Shown one piece after another: positions 1 through 14,495 of a stretch of 64,000 nucleotides of DNA. Below the pieces are notes generated by a model. The model saw only the letters and a list, made by a program, of their open reading frames with translations, had not been told where the DNA came from and did no database searches. Position numbers and translations under genes: made by a program. Source of the DNA: Eledone cirrhosa (Eukaryota); the NCBI GenBank assembly GCA_964016885.1, contig OZ024741.1, positions 326,306,001-326,370,000 of the forward strand. Direction: 5' to 3'. Every line of letters begins with the position of its first letter. Position 1 is the stretch's first letter.

Positions 1-989
1 CTTTTTTCATTTTTTTCCTCCCTTTTCGAAAGCGACGATGCGCTGCTTTTGCGTTTGTGCCTTCTTACGACCTTTTGCCATCCCTCTCCCACCTCACACT
101 TCATGTCTGATTCTGTGACGTCGGGAAGGGGTACCAGCTCCACTCTTTCACTTGTTGTTGTTGGTGATGTTTGCAGTGGAGTCTCTGTTGCAGCTGCATT
201 TGGTATTACGGTTGGTGATGTTAATACATCCACTGCTGCTGCGGACCCTAAGGCTTTTTGTATTTGAGCCTCTGTGGCTCTTTCAACCCTACGGAATTTT
301 GTGCTTACTGTACGGTACGTGACCGTACAATGCTGTTGGGTTTCGAAAAACTGTTCGGCTGCCTTGCAGATTGCTCGGTGTCCGGTTTTTGTCACCATCT
401 TCTTCGCTTCCTCTAATTCCTCATTTGTTATGAGGATGGTTTCCAGGTTCTTTGCGATACCTGCAAATGAGGTTGGTTTGTCTTTGCTGCTGTTGTTGTT
501 GTTGTTGTTGTTGTCGTCAGAGCTGCTGTTACATTTGTTGTTGCTGCAGGTACTACGACTACTGCCGCCGCCGCTGTTGCTGTGGTTGTTGTTGTTGTTG
601 CTGCTGCTGCTGTTGCTGTTGCTGCTAATGCTGTTGTTGTTTATGCTGCTGCTGATGTTGTTGCGACTGCTACTGTTGTTTTCCTTGTCACTGTTGCTGC
701 TGCTGCTGCTGCTGCTGCTTCTGCTCCTGCTATTACGGCTGCTACTGCTATTATTCATGACGTCAGATGAATGAAATGGGATTTCGTATTTCCCGCACAC
801 CTTTTTCGTCGTTGTCGTCGTCGTCGTGGAGAAATGTTGCACGCTTTCTACGTGATTTTTCTTTACTGGCGTAGCTTGCAAAAGAGAACGGAGGGAGAGA
901 GACAATCTTCTCTCTGCTGTAGTGACGATTGAGGAAGAAGAAGACGGAATGAGTGGGAGTGACCTATGAAAATTATTTTTCGTAGCCAT
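1..989 (-). mobile_element. 5' part of an L1/Tx1-like ORF1, open to the window edge, with a Ser/Asn low-complexity insert
   Basis: ATG at 989 and no stop seen in that frame down to position 1. The segment TVTYRTVSTKFRRVERATEAQIQKAL resembles SRTVVFRTINNTSKKPEQPSQADIKTVL in ORF1 of the LINE at 30424-30804. A WQKVVRR motif lies near the window edge. Confidence 0.55.
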
Positions 990-1204
990 GTTTTTTTTTT
1001 TGTTTAAAATAAATATTGGGCACAAAACCCCAATAAGCGGTTATTTAACCCCGAAGGGCCAAATGACGGGCAGAAAGACCCCTCTCATGAGGAGGAGGGT
1101 GTTTTTGTCTACAATTTGGTTAAAGTTTTAAACAATTTACAATTGTTATAGCGGTCAAAATTTACAATACCTTACAGAGCCGAGCCTCCGTCCACCATAG
1201 ACTT

Positions 1205-1500
1205 CAATAATAATAATGATAATAACATTCTTTATTGGACACACAGGGCTCAGATTACGTAGCACATACTCACCAATACATATTGGCTAACACATACACA
1301 CCATCAGGGCATTCACACACACACAGTGACCACCACACACTAATCAACTCCACTCACTAACACACAGGCACTAACACACGCACAAACACAAACACACATT
1401 CACCAACAAACAGTGATTTACATTCCTACAACAACAAACACTGACAATTACCACAAAGACACACACTGGTCCAGCCGTACACTTACATATCTATACGCAA
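1205..1500 (-). mobile_element. Probable LINE 3' end remnant (GT-rich UTR, AATAAA, (ATT)n tail)
   Basis: Minus strand reads ...ccctgtgtgtccAATAAAgaatgttattatcattattattatt. Confidence 0.3.
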
Positions 1501-1607
1501 CATACGATAAGTAATCAATAATAATTATGACTATTTATTTATGACTATCATATAATCTTTCTTCACTCTCATGTACTCTTATACGATGACAACTTTTTAA
1601 ATTGAAT

Positions 1608-1647
1608 TATATATACAATGATATATATATAAATATATATATATACA

Positions 1648-1712
<65 letters not shown>

Positions 1713-1724
1713 TATATATATACA

Positions 1725-1810
<86 letters not shown>

Positions 1811-2020
1811 GTGAGGTTTTTTTTACAAAATGAAAAATAACCGAGGTGTCCTACACGAGTGGAAGTATAAAGAAAAAGGGATGAAATCGAAAATGCAACT
1901 GAAGTCTTATTTTTTTAAAAAATATATATATTTATTTGGTTCCTTTACCGGTTTCGCAGTTCTTCTGCTTTTCAAAAGGTGAGTTGAGATGGAGGGTCTG
2001 TGGTTTTCTCACATTTTTCT

Positions 2021-2070
<50 letters not shown>

Positions 2071-2118
2071 TATATATATATACAGTATATATATATATAA
2101 ATATATATATATATACAG

Positions 2119-2208
<90 letters not shown>

Positions 2209-2308
2209 TATATATATATATATACAGTATATATATATATATACAGTATATATATATATATATATATTGTATATATATATATATACGGTATATATATATA
2301 TGTATACA

Positions 2309-2403
<95 letters not shown>

Positions 2404-2429
2404 TACAGTATATATATATATATATACAG

Positions 2430-2471
<42 letters not shown>

Positions 2472-2493
2472 GTATATATATATATAGAGAGAG

Positions 2494-2529
<36 letters not shown>

Positions 2530-2552
2530 CAGTATATATATATATATATACA

Positions 2553-2593
<41 letters not shown>

Positions 2594-2616
2594 GTATATA
2601 TATATATATATATTCA

Positions 2617-2713
<97 letters not shown>

Positions 2714-2769
2714 TATATATACAGTATATATATATATATATACAGTATATATATATATATATATATACA

Positions 2770-2844
<75 letters not shown>

Positions 2845-2885
2845 CTGAATATATATATATATATCTATATATATATATATACTGA

Positions 2886-2912
<27 letters not shown>
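1608..2912. repeat. (TA)n microsatellite with TACAG interruptions, split by a ~220 bp unique island (1805-2023)
   Basis: Directly visible in the sequence. Confidence 0.95.
1942..1979 (-). ncRNA. Minimal type-I hammerhead ribozyme, U3-A8 core variant
   Basis: CCTT-[TTGAAAA]-GCAG aagaa CTGC-[GAAA]-CCGG-TA|AAGG. Stem I CCTT/AAGG, stem II GCAG/CTGC, palindromic CCGG in stem III, GUA cleavage triplet. Confidence 0.7.
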
Positions 2913-2917
<5 letters not shown>

Positions 2918-3074
2918 TCAGGTTATCAATAATGTAGTGATAATATATCGTTACGTTAGAGATGAACAGCGTACGTGCAGGTTTGTTCAACGAGTATAAA
3001 TTATATTCCGGAGAAAATGTAGAAAGGATGAATATAAAATGAAAGTGCTTTTTTTTAAAAAGGAATTTATTAGG

Positions 3075-3192
3075 TATTGACATATGTTTCTGTAACAGAC
3101 TGAATACCTATGTATCGCTGCTTGCGTAATCATATAATGTTAGCAAGTATTCGATAGCAAATGTATAATCAGTTGTCACTTCTTCAGAGATT
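3075..3192 (-). ncRNA. Hammerhead-like motif, ~90-nt stem II, weak stem I
   Basis: CTGAAGA-aGTGACAACTGA...TCAGTcTGTTACa-GAAA-CATATG-TC. Stem I is poorly paired. Confidence 0.55.
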
Positions 3193-4263
3193 TTGGATAA
3201 ATTGGATAAAATCAGAAAAATTGAAGTATTTATATTAGTTAAAGAGGAAGAAACAGAGGGGATAGTATATGACAGATGGTAAATTAATTTACTGCTAAAC
3301 AAGTATATAATGGGTTTCTAATGAGAATACCATGAGTAAATCTAAATAAGAATTCTTGGAGTGCCAATTTTAATCTCTACTCGACCAACTGGACAGTGGA
3401 CAGGGCTGGTCATTTGGTGCAGTAGTATTAATTATAAAGTGTCAATTGGGGAAGGGGGAGATTTCGATTGCTACTAAATAACATCAATGCTAGTAGCCAG
3501 CTGGTATATGCATTAGGGAATTGAATCAAGAAATCAGAAATCTCATTTTATCTATAGCAGTTTGTATTAAAAGGTAAATAATAGAAGAGTTGATAGAATT
3601 AAGACTAATAAAGAATGTTAATATCTATTTTGACAATCAAACGGGGATAGAGACAGGCGTTCAATCCTGGTAGTATTTATAATATGAAAATGTAGATTTT
3701 AAGCGATGGTTACAGTATAACGATGGCTCTATTCTGTTATTTAATAAAATGTTTTTGGATTTCATAATACAAAATAATTCTACATTACATAATTTACAAA
3801 ATTCCTGTCCATGGGATATGAGGGGGCAACCGCTATTATATCCCATTTTAGGTGAAATTGTTGGTTATTTTCACGCAGCTGCCAAGCCTTATCTGCGAGT
3901 GTTGTTACATAACGCTGGTTTTCATGTTTTATCGAGTAACGATGTCTATAAAGGCGTGATTTGAAGGAGGTGGCTGTAGATCCCACATAGTACCACTTCT
4001 GTCTATTCAATTGACACTTTATAATTAATACTACTGCACCAAATGACCAGCCCTGTCCACTGTCCAGTTGGTCGAGTAGAGATTAAAATTGGCACTCCAA
4101 GAATTCTTATTTAGATTTACTCATGGTATTCTCATTAGAAACCCATTATATACTTGTTTAGCAGTAAATTAATTTACCATCTGTCATATACTATCCCCTC
4201 TGTTTCTTCCTCTTTTACTAATATAAATACTTCAATTTTTCTGATTTTATCCAATTTATCCAA

Positions 4264-4381
4264 AATCTCTGAAGAAGTGACAACTGATTATACATTTGCT
4301 ATCGAATACTTGCTAACATTATATGATTACGCCAGCAGCGATACATAGGTATTCAGTCTGTTACAGAAACATATGTCAATA
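4264..4381 (+). ncRNA. Hammerhead-like motif (inverted copy of 3075-3192)
   Basis: CTGAAGA 4269-4275, GAAA 4366-4369, palindrome CATATG, GTC triplet. Confidence 0.55.
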
Positions 4382-4459
4382 CCTAATAAATTCCTTTTTT
4401 AAAAAAAGCACTTTCATTTTATATTCATCCTTTCTATATATATATATATATATATATAC

Positions 4460-4596
<137 letters not shown>

Positions 4597-4600
4597 TGTA

Positions 4601-4634
<34 letters not shown>

Positions 4635-4664
4635 CTATATATATATATATATATATATATACTG

Positions 4665-6126
4665 TATAATATGGGGGCTTATTTTACAGGTTATACATTT
4701 CTTATCTATACATGAGGGTCTTTGAAAAGGGTATGTCTTGTTAATAAGTGTTTTTACGGAGGTACCTGGTCTTTCTACTATCTTAATATTGAGTTTATGT
4801 TTATCTAGGGGACTTCTAAATTTGTAAGCTAATTCACCTCTAGGGGTTGTATCGATGAACATTACACTCTGGTATTTATTGCTATCATACCATGAGTTTA
4901 TTCTATTAGCCTTGTTCCTAGTTCTTTCTATTCTATTCCAAAATTTGCTCCTATAGAAGGGGCAGGTCCCATTTATGTCATTATTTACCATTTTTTCCCA
5001 TTTGGTTCTGGCTCCTCTATACACTCTGATTTTATCTCTCTGATTGTAGCCAGAGAACTGCATACGGTGGATGAAGTGTTGTATGTGTCTCTCTAGTTCT
5101 TCGGGGTTGCACATGCGGGACACGTTTCTCATCACCCGTACCAAATCCGCAATCAGTATGTTGATTTTGATATGGTCGGACACGGCGCAGTTTCGGTGGA
5201 TCAGATGTTTGGAAGTCATGGGTTTGGCATAATGGGAATGGAGGATTTGTTTTTTGTTATTACTGGTATCTTTTGAAAGACCCTCATGTATAGATAAGAA
5301 ATGTATAACCTGTAAAATAAGCCCCCATATTAACTGTAAAACTAGAAATGTAGTGTATAGCATAAGATGTACTGAATGACAATGTAGAGACACAAATATA
5401 GTGTACATAGGTGAGACAGCTCGTAGTGTAGGGGAACGGATAAATGAACACTGGCGAGATTTTCAAGATAGTAAAGAATCATCTGTACTCTACCAACATG
5501 CTAAAATAGAACACAAGGGTAAATTAGAGAACATAGAAATAAAAATAGAATCTGCGCACAGAAAAGACGCAATGTGTAGACAAATCACAGAGGCAATAAA
5601 CATAAAAGAATTACAACCAAAATTAAATAGAAAATATGAGTGGAACAGCAACATGACAACTTACAATTAAGGACAAAATGAAAACACACACACACACAGA
5701 ACAAACAACCAAGCAGTAACATGTAAATAAACAAATAAATAAATGAACATAAACACACACAGACACCCGGATGTGGCGCATGCGCAGACTGAGCACACAA
5801 CACACACACAGAAACAAAATGGCGTAGGACAGAACAAAGGAGAGGCACAGAAACAAAGAAAGGTATCCCCAGTCACTGAAGAGGTCACAGAGTGTGTGAC
5901 GAAAGAACTATGACAATATATAAACAACTATCTGGTTGTGGAACCAACCAACCAACCAGAAATTTATAAATTTATATTTATTATAACTTTATTATAATAA
6001 ATTGAAGTGAAAGCAACGGGTGCGTGTGTTTCTTATTGGCAACATGACCCTCCCAAAGTATAACAATATTGGTTTCAACACACGATTTCAGATAAAGAAT
6101 CTTGCTAAACAAATTCAGAAACGAAA

Positions 6127-6130
<4 letters not shown>
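4665..6130 (+). mobile_element. Neptune-type PLE 3' fragment with 5' inversion (thumb region on - strand 4720-5280; Zn-finger/GIY-YIG on + strand 5282-5670)
   Basis: ILHSHYAKPM...FSGY...VMFIDTTPRGEL...CIDKKCITC on -, VVYSIRC...YIGETARSVGERINEH...EAINI...LN on +. 4665-4720 is an inverted duplicate of 5282-5332. Homologous to 59990-63290. Confidence 0.85.
5872..5914 (+). ncRNA. Minimal hammerhead in the Neptune 3' region
   Basis: GTCA-[CTGAAGA]-g GTCACA gagtg TGTGAC-[GAAA]-GAAC-TA|TGAC. Confidence 0.7.
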
Positions 6131-7581
<1,451 letters not shown>

Positions 7582-7583
7582 TG

Positions 7584-7641
<58 letters not shown>

Positions 7642-7654
7642 CAGTATATATATA

Positions 7655-7851
<197 letters not shown>

Positions 7852-8220
7852 CATATATGTATATGTATATATACACGTATATATACATACATATATATAC
7901 ATGTATATATATATATATGTATGTATATATATGTATACATGTATATATATAAGTATATATATATATATATAAATACCGTCCCCCCCATATATATATATAT
8001 ATATATTATACAGATATACTCACAGACATATGTGTATATATATACATACATATATATACATGTATATATATATATGTATGTATATATGTGTATACATGTA
8101 TATATATGTATATATATATATATCCCCCGCCCACATATGTGTATATATATATATATATATAAAATATTAAAAAATAATGAATAAAACAATGAAACAGTTC
8201 CTTATATTAAACAAAAAAAG

Positions 8221-8375
8221 TTCATTATTTAACGATCGTTTCTAGGATATAGATTTGTTAGAATTGGCATGCATATTCAACAGATCTATGTACAAAATTA
8301 TACAAAATTATACAAACTATCAAAATTAAATATACATACCAAACACATATATATGCCGTCTTCAGAAATAATGAA
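8221..8375 (-). ncRNA. Hammerhead ribozyme with 116-nt stem-II insert
   Basis: TTCATTATTT-[CTGAAGA]-cGGcATATA...TATATCCta-[GAAA]-CGATCG-TT|AAATAATGAA. Perfect 10-bp stem I and palindromic stem III. Confidence 0.75.
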
Positions 8376-8971
8376 ATATATTTATTGATAATAACAACAA
8401 TTCAAAATTTCAGGTCTGTTTGGGAACAGAATTCAAATTGACCAATCAAAATACAAAAAGTTTATGCAGTTAGGTGTGTGTATATACATGTAATTAACTT
8501 CGTTCACAGATATGCATAAAGATATGTGTTCACATGCACACGCATGCCAAAAAGATGTATGTAAATACAAAAATTCAAGGCTAATGTCTCTGTAAGTTTA
8601 TAATCTACAGATAAAATGCGTATAGATACATAATTATAAAATAAATATATACACACATTCATATACTCACACATATTCGTACACTCACACACACACGCGC
8701 GTATACGCATAAACATACACATAACTACGAACATACATACACACATAACCCCCACACACATATATATGTGTATATACTATTATCATAAGCATATGGACAT
8801 TAATGCACGCACATAAACACTGCCACACATATTTAGATCCAGATACAGAAATTAGGTGGGGGGGGGGGGGAGAGGTCAGTATTCAACGGTGTCAGCAGAC
8901 TGCCTATTTATAAATGTATCTATAAACTTAGAAATAAAAAGAAAAGAAAAAGAAAAAAGAAATATATTAAG

Positions 8972-9028
<57 letters not shown>

Positions 9029-9191
9029 ACATACACACACACACATATACATATACATATATATATATATATACACATATATACACACATATATACATAT
9101 ATATATACACACATATATATACATATACATACACATACATATATATATATACAAACAAGTAAAATATAAAATATACATCGATATACATACA

Positions 9192-9522
9192 CATGGTGGC
9201 TGCCAACTCGTTTTCGAGTACGGCCACTACTTTATATCCATGTAGGAGAACCCCTACCGATGCGCTGAACGAGTGTGACTTTTTAGTCTAGCCAGCGACT
9301 TGAACACTCTGGTACAAACACTACACTTGTGACAATTATTGACACATAGTGCTGGGCCCATGGTACCATGTGACGACAAGTGCAGAGAGATCTCCAGATA
9401 TAAAGTAATGCCTGTGCCGTGAAGCTTTTATAGTGAGCAAAGGCACTGCACAAAGCCAGTCCCACTCTCTTAACCAAGATGATATTTACCAAAAAGAAGA
9501 ACAAGTCAACATCATTGGATAC
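9192..9522 (+). repeat. ~330-bp interspersed repeat (second copy 58008-58337 on -)
   Basis: Near-identical reverse-complement copy. Both give the same antisense ORF (SNDVDLFFFLVNIILVKRVGLALCSA...). Confidence 0.85.
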
Positions 9523-9799
9523 CAACAGCGTTGCAGGTGTTATATCAGAGTTTTCCTTCTCCTAGAATTCTGCCTTGACAAAGGCTAAGGGGTCATCTCT
9601 CCCGGTGATTGTGGATGGCCATTGACTCTTAAGAGCTCCTTTGCCCTTTGACAGGTTTTGTTTTTACTCCTGCAGGATGTCCAAAGTCACCCTCCTCACT
9701 AAGAAACCTTGGTGGGGTTGCCAGTTTAGTCGCCAACGACCCGACCATGAGACAGGTTGTACTGGGATACATGTTACCAGTAGCACCAACTGGTGACCT

Positions 9800-10061
9800 G
9801 ACACAATACATACACATACACATATATATATATACACACACATACACACACATACATATACATACATATACATACACATATATACAAACACATACATACA
9901 CATACATATACATACACATACCATATAAATACACATACACATACACACACGCATACATATAGAGACACATATATATACACATATAAATACATAGACATAT
10001 ACACACATACACACACATATATATATATATATATATTTTTACACATATATACACATACACG

Positions 10062-10093
<32 letters not shown>

Positions 10094-10128
10094 CATTCAC
10101 AACACACGTATATATATACACACACACA

Positions 10129-10160
<32 letters not shown>

Positions 10161-10163
10161 CAC

Positions 10164-10210
<47 letters not shown>

Positions 10211-10281
10211 CACATCTACACACATATATATATAAACACACTCATATATATACACACAAACACATACATACCCACATATAA

Positions 10282-10315
<34 letters not shown>

Positions 10316-10325
10316 GCATACACAT

Positions 10326-10408
<83 letters not shown>

Positions 10409-10513
10409 CATATACACACACATACACATATACACACACACACATACACACACATACATACACATACACATATATAAAGATATATATACACACACACACA
10501 CATATAATAAATA

Positions 10514-10551
<38 letters not shown>

Positions 10552-10937
10552 CATATATATACATATATATATATACATATACATATACACATACACATAT
10601 ACACACATATATACATACACACACACATACATACACACACATACATACTCATACATAGACATAGATATATACTCACACACACATACACACTTACATATAC
10701 GCATATATACAAATACATACACATCCATATATGCGTATATACATACAAACACCACTACACGCTCACACAACTCAGACATACAAAGAAAAAGGTATATACA
10801 TACATATATATACATATATAAATAGAGATACATATACATATATAAATATATACACACGTACACACATAAACACACATACATACACATACATACACACATA
10901 CATATATATATACACACACACAAACACACACATATAC

Positions 10938-10990
<53 letters not shown>

Positions 10991-11246
10991 CACATATATA
11001 TACATACATACACACACACATACATACATACATACATACACATACATATATATAAAAAAATAAAGAAATAAGATAAATAAAAAAATAAATAAATTAATAC
11101 ACACAGTCAGACAAAAATGCACGCACATACATATACATATATATATATATACACACACACATATATACACACATACATACATACATATACACATATATAC
11201 ACATACACATACATATAAATACATATACACACATCAACTACAAATA

Positions 11247-11293
<47 letters not shown>

Positions 11294-11680
11294 TTATATA
11301 TATATATATTATAATAATAAATAATATATATATACACATATATATATATATATATATACACACACTCACATATATATGCGCACATACGTAAACATATACA
11401 CATACGTACACATATACACATAGACATATACATGTGCATACATGTACATACACACATATACCCACATAGATACATAGATACACATATATATAGAGACATA
11501 CATATACACACACATATATACACACACATATACACATATATATATATACATAAATATATATATATATATACACACAATCATACACCCTTATTTGCATGCG
11601 CATATATGTATTTTTATACTCACATATAAACACCCAAACATACATACCTACCTACATATACATACATACATCCACGCTTA
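9800..11680. repeat. Compound (TA)/(CA)/(CATA) microsatellite
   Basis: Directly visible in the sequence. Confidence 0.95.
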
Positions 11681-12752
11681 CAAATACAAATAATAATAGT
11701 AGGGGGGGAGGGGATTATAGTAAATATATGTTTCAAGAAACATAGAATATTAATCTGCATTTAGATCATAATATGTGTTTACATAGTTTCAGTATTAGGA
11801 AATGTAAGGAAGAAGGCAAAACTATGCATTTCAATATAAGTATACCATTAATTATAGGTTAACTAAACTAAAGATAGTTAATATATTGATTTCTAAGGTG
11901 TATACTACTTAGGTTTATAATATTTGAAGCAGAATTTTGAAGTTAAATAGTGGTAGAGTATTAATTATAGTATAACTAAATTAAAATTATTAACGTTATG
12001 GTATCAATATTAGGAAATGAATTTAGTAATAGGGAAAAAACAAATAAAGTATTACATCGGTAGTAGAATATAAATTATAGGTTAACTAAATTAAAAATTA
12101 TATATTAATTTCTATAGTATATGTTAATTAGGTATATAATAATTAAAACAGATATTGTATTTTATCTATAGTAGAATATAATTATAGGTAAACAGAAATT
12201 AAAATTAATACATACACATATACATATACATATATATATACATATGTATATATATATATACACATACATATATATACATACACATACATATTTTTTCAAA
12301 AATTGCAAAGAATATATTAACAAGGTATACATCCAAAACCTATCTCATTCTATGATTACATGACACTCTGCAATCCATCTGTATTAGGATACTAATTTTA
12401 AGCCAATTAAATTAAATTTTTAGGTTGACCAAATTTAAAACCAAATTATAAATATATTTCTAAAATGTACATTAATTAGGTCTATAATACTAAAAATTAT
12501 TTCTCTGTCATTGAATACACGATATTTTGTTATATTTTATCTGTAAAGGAATTTTAATAAAAGGTTAAATAAATTAAAATTAATCTATAAATTAAATTAT
12601 TAAGTATATATTAGTAATATTTAAAAGTTTTTCACAATTTATGATTACACAATATTTTATAATCTCATCTGTAGTAGAATTTTAATTAAATTAAATTTAT
12701 AGGTTAACTAACATTTAAATTAAATTATATATTAATTTCTAAAATAATGTTA

Positions 12753-14495
12753 TTAATTAGGTTTATAATATTTAAATGTTTTTCTTAGTTTATGATTAAA
12801 CGATATAATTAATTCCTGTCGTTTATTTAATAGGATATCCTTAGATTTCATTATTTCAAATAGTTCTTGGGAACATAATCTACATTCATTTCTATTATTT
12901 TGATAAGGGGTGGCTCTTTTGAGCACACTCCAGGTCAAATCATATTCTATATTCTTATTTTTATAACTAGTGATTTTTTCTGCTAGAGATGTTGTATTAG
13001 CCAGTGCGGCATTTTTAAAACTATGTTTGTGGGTATTAAACCTTGTCTTAAAATTGTTAGAAGTAGCTCCTATATATGAGCAAATAGAATCTTTAGTTTT
13101 AACATTACATTTATAAACTATGTTGTTAACAAGACAATTTCCTTTTAATGGGCAGTTTGCTTTGTTTCTACAGTTACAACCTTTCGTTAATTCTGTATTT
13201 GAGGAGATATTATGGTTAGTTTGATGTATTGGTGGTATACTTATGGTTTTCTTACATTTATATGCATTATAGGCACTTATATTTTGTTTTATGTTATTTG
13301 TTGTTGAGTATGAGAATTTAACTGTAGACCTATTTAAGATTTGATGGTATTTGTGGTTTGGCGGGAAGTTTTTCTCTAGGATATAAAAAAATGTTTTAGC
13401 AATATTATCCTTAATTTGTAAATTAAATGGAGCATTATACCAAGTAACCCGTCTATTACGGTTTCTATGTTGTTTATTATTTTTATAGGTTGTATCGTGA
13501 TGTTTACTAGGAGGATTAATGTTAATGATCTCACCACACACATTTTTAGTTATATTTGTAGATTTAGGTGTTTTATCTTGTTTATTAGGAGTTTTATTAT
13601 TAACATTTATTAGAGTTGTATGATGAGTAGTTTTTTGAGAGTTACTATACTTTATATTAGAAGATTTGGTATTTTGGGGTATAGTGTGGGTGGCATTTAG
13701 GTGTGTACTTTTCATTTGGTGTTTGTTGGTAATATTAGGTTGTATGTTTTTAGTTTTTTTAGTAGAAGGTATATATTCTAATCTATTTTTGTGGCCACTT
13801 CTATCTAGAGCTTCGTTATAGAAGGTCGCATTTTTATCAAATACATCTTGGTTAGAAGAAAGGTTAGAAATTCTAAGTGATATATTATATGCAAGGTTTT
13901 TAAGGATAGATTTAGGGTGATTAGATTGTGAGTGTATGTAATGTAAGTTTTGGTTGGGTTTATGGTAAGGTTGGTAGATACCCGTAGCTAAGTCTAAAGT
14001 TATATCTAGGAAATTTACTACTTTACTTGTTTTTTCAAAAGTAATATGAAGACTATAATAGTCTTTAAGGAAAGTTCTAATATGCTTTTTGTTTTTTTCT
14101 ATTTCTGAAAGGCTAAGGTTGTTGGAAAGAAGAAGACAGTCATCACGATATAAACCACCTTTAAGGTGGGGAAAGGAGGCATTTATGTTGAAAAGGAGAA
14201 AGAGGCCCACAAGATCAGTAATTTGGGCGGAATCGCTTGAACCCATAGTAATATCAAATAGATTACTATATGTGTTTCTGGTCCAGTATTCATTCTGAAA
14301 TTCAATAAGTGTTAGTCTAGCATGTGTAATAATATTAATGTCATCCAAAGTTAAGTTAGATCTATTTTTAGCAAATATCAATGCTTTGTTCAGGAGTATA
14401 GGTGATATAGAAGAATAGTAATTATCTATATCAAATTGTAGAAATGAAGCAGAAGATTTACATCTAATATTTTTAAACCAGTTAATTACCTGCAT
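12753..14495 (-). CDS. Naiad-type PLE RT + GIY-YIG endonuclease (5'-truncated, 580 aa open)
   Basis: [82 protein letters not shown]. Confidence 0.9.
   Translation of the reverse strand: MQVINWFKNIRCKSSASFLQFDIDNYYSSISPILLNKALIFAKNRSNLTLDDINIITHARLTLIEFQNEYWTRNTYSNLFDITMGSSDSAQITDLVGLFLLFNINASFPHLKGGLYRDDCLLLSNNLSLSEIEKNKKHIRTFLKDYYSLHITFEKTSKVVNFLDITLDLATGIYQPYHKPNQNLHYIHSQSNHPKSILKNLAYNISLRISNLSSNQDVFDKNATFYNEALDRSGHKNRLEYIPSTKKTKNIQPNITNKHQMKSTHLNATHTIPQNTKSSNIKYSNSQKTTHHTTLINVNNKTPNKQDKTPKSTNITKNVCGEIININPPSKHHDTTYKNNKQHRNRNRRVTWYNAPFNLQIKDNIAKTFFYILEKNFPPNHKYHQILNRSTVKFSYSTTNNIKQNISAYNAYKCKKTISIPPIHQTNHNISSNTELTKGCNCRNKANCPLKGNCLVNNIVYKCNVKTKDSICSYIGATSNNFKTRFNTHKHSFKNAALANTTSLAEKITSYKNKNIEYDLTWSVLKRATPYQNNRNECRLCSQELFEIMKSKDILLNKRQELIISFNHKLRKTFKYYKPN

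Larger units (their letters stand above)
2913..4436 (-). mobile_element. Naiad-type PLE 3' fragment (GIY-YIG remnant 3660-4020) with 429-bp inverted repeats 3020-3448 / 4008-4436
   Basis: WYYVGSTATSFKSRLYRH...CKLCNVE...CNH is nearly identical to the C-terminus of ORF 48630-50951 but frameshifted. The inverted arms match almost perfectly, and (TA)n flanks both sides. Confidence 0.85.

Noticed and set aside
274-774. Poly-Leu 'membrane protein' ORF on +
   Set aside because: Antisense shadow of the CAG/AAC-rich minus-strand ORF1-like frame.
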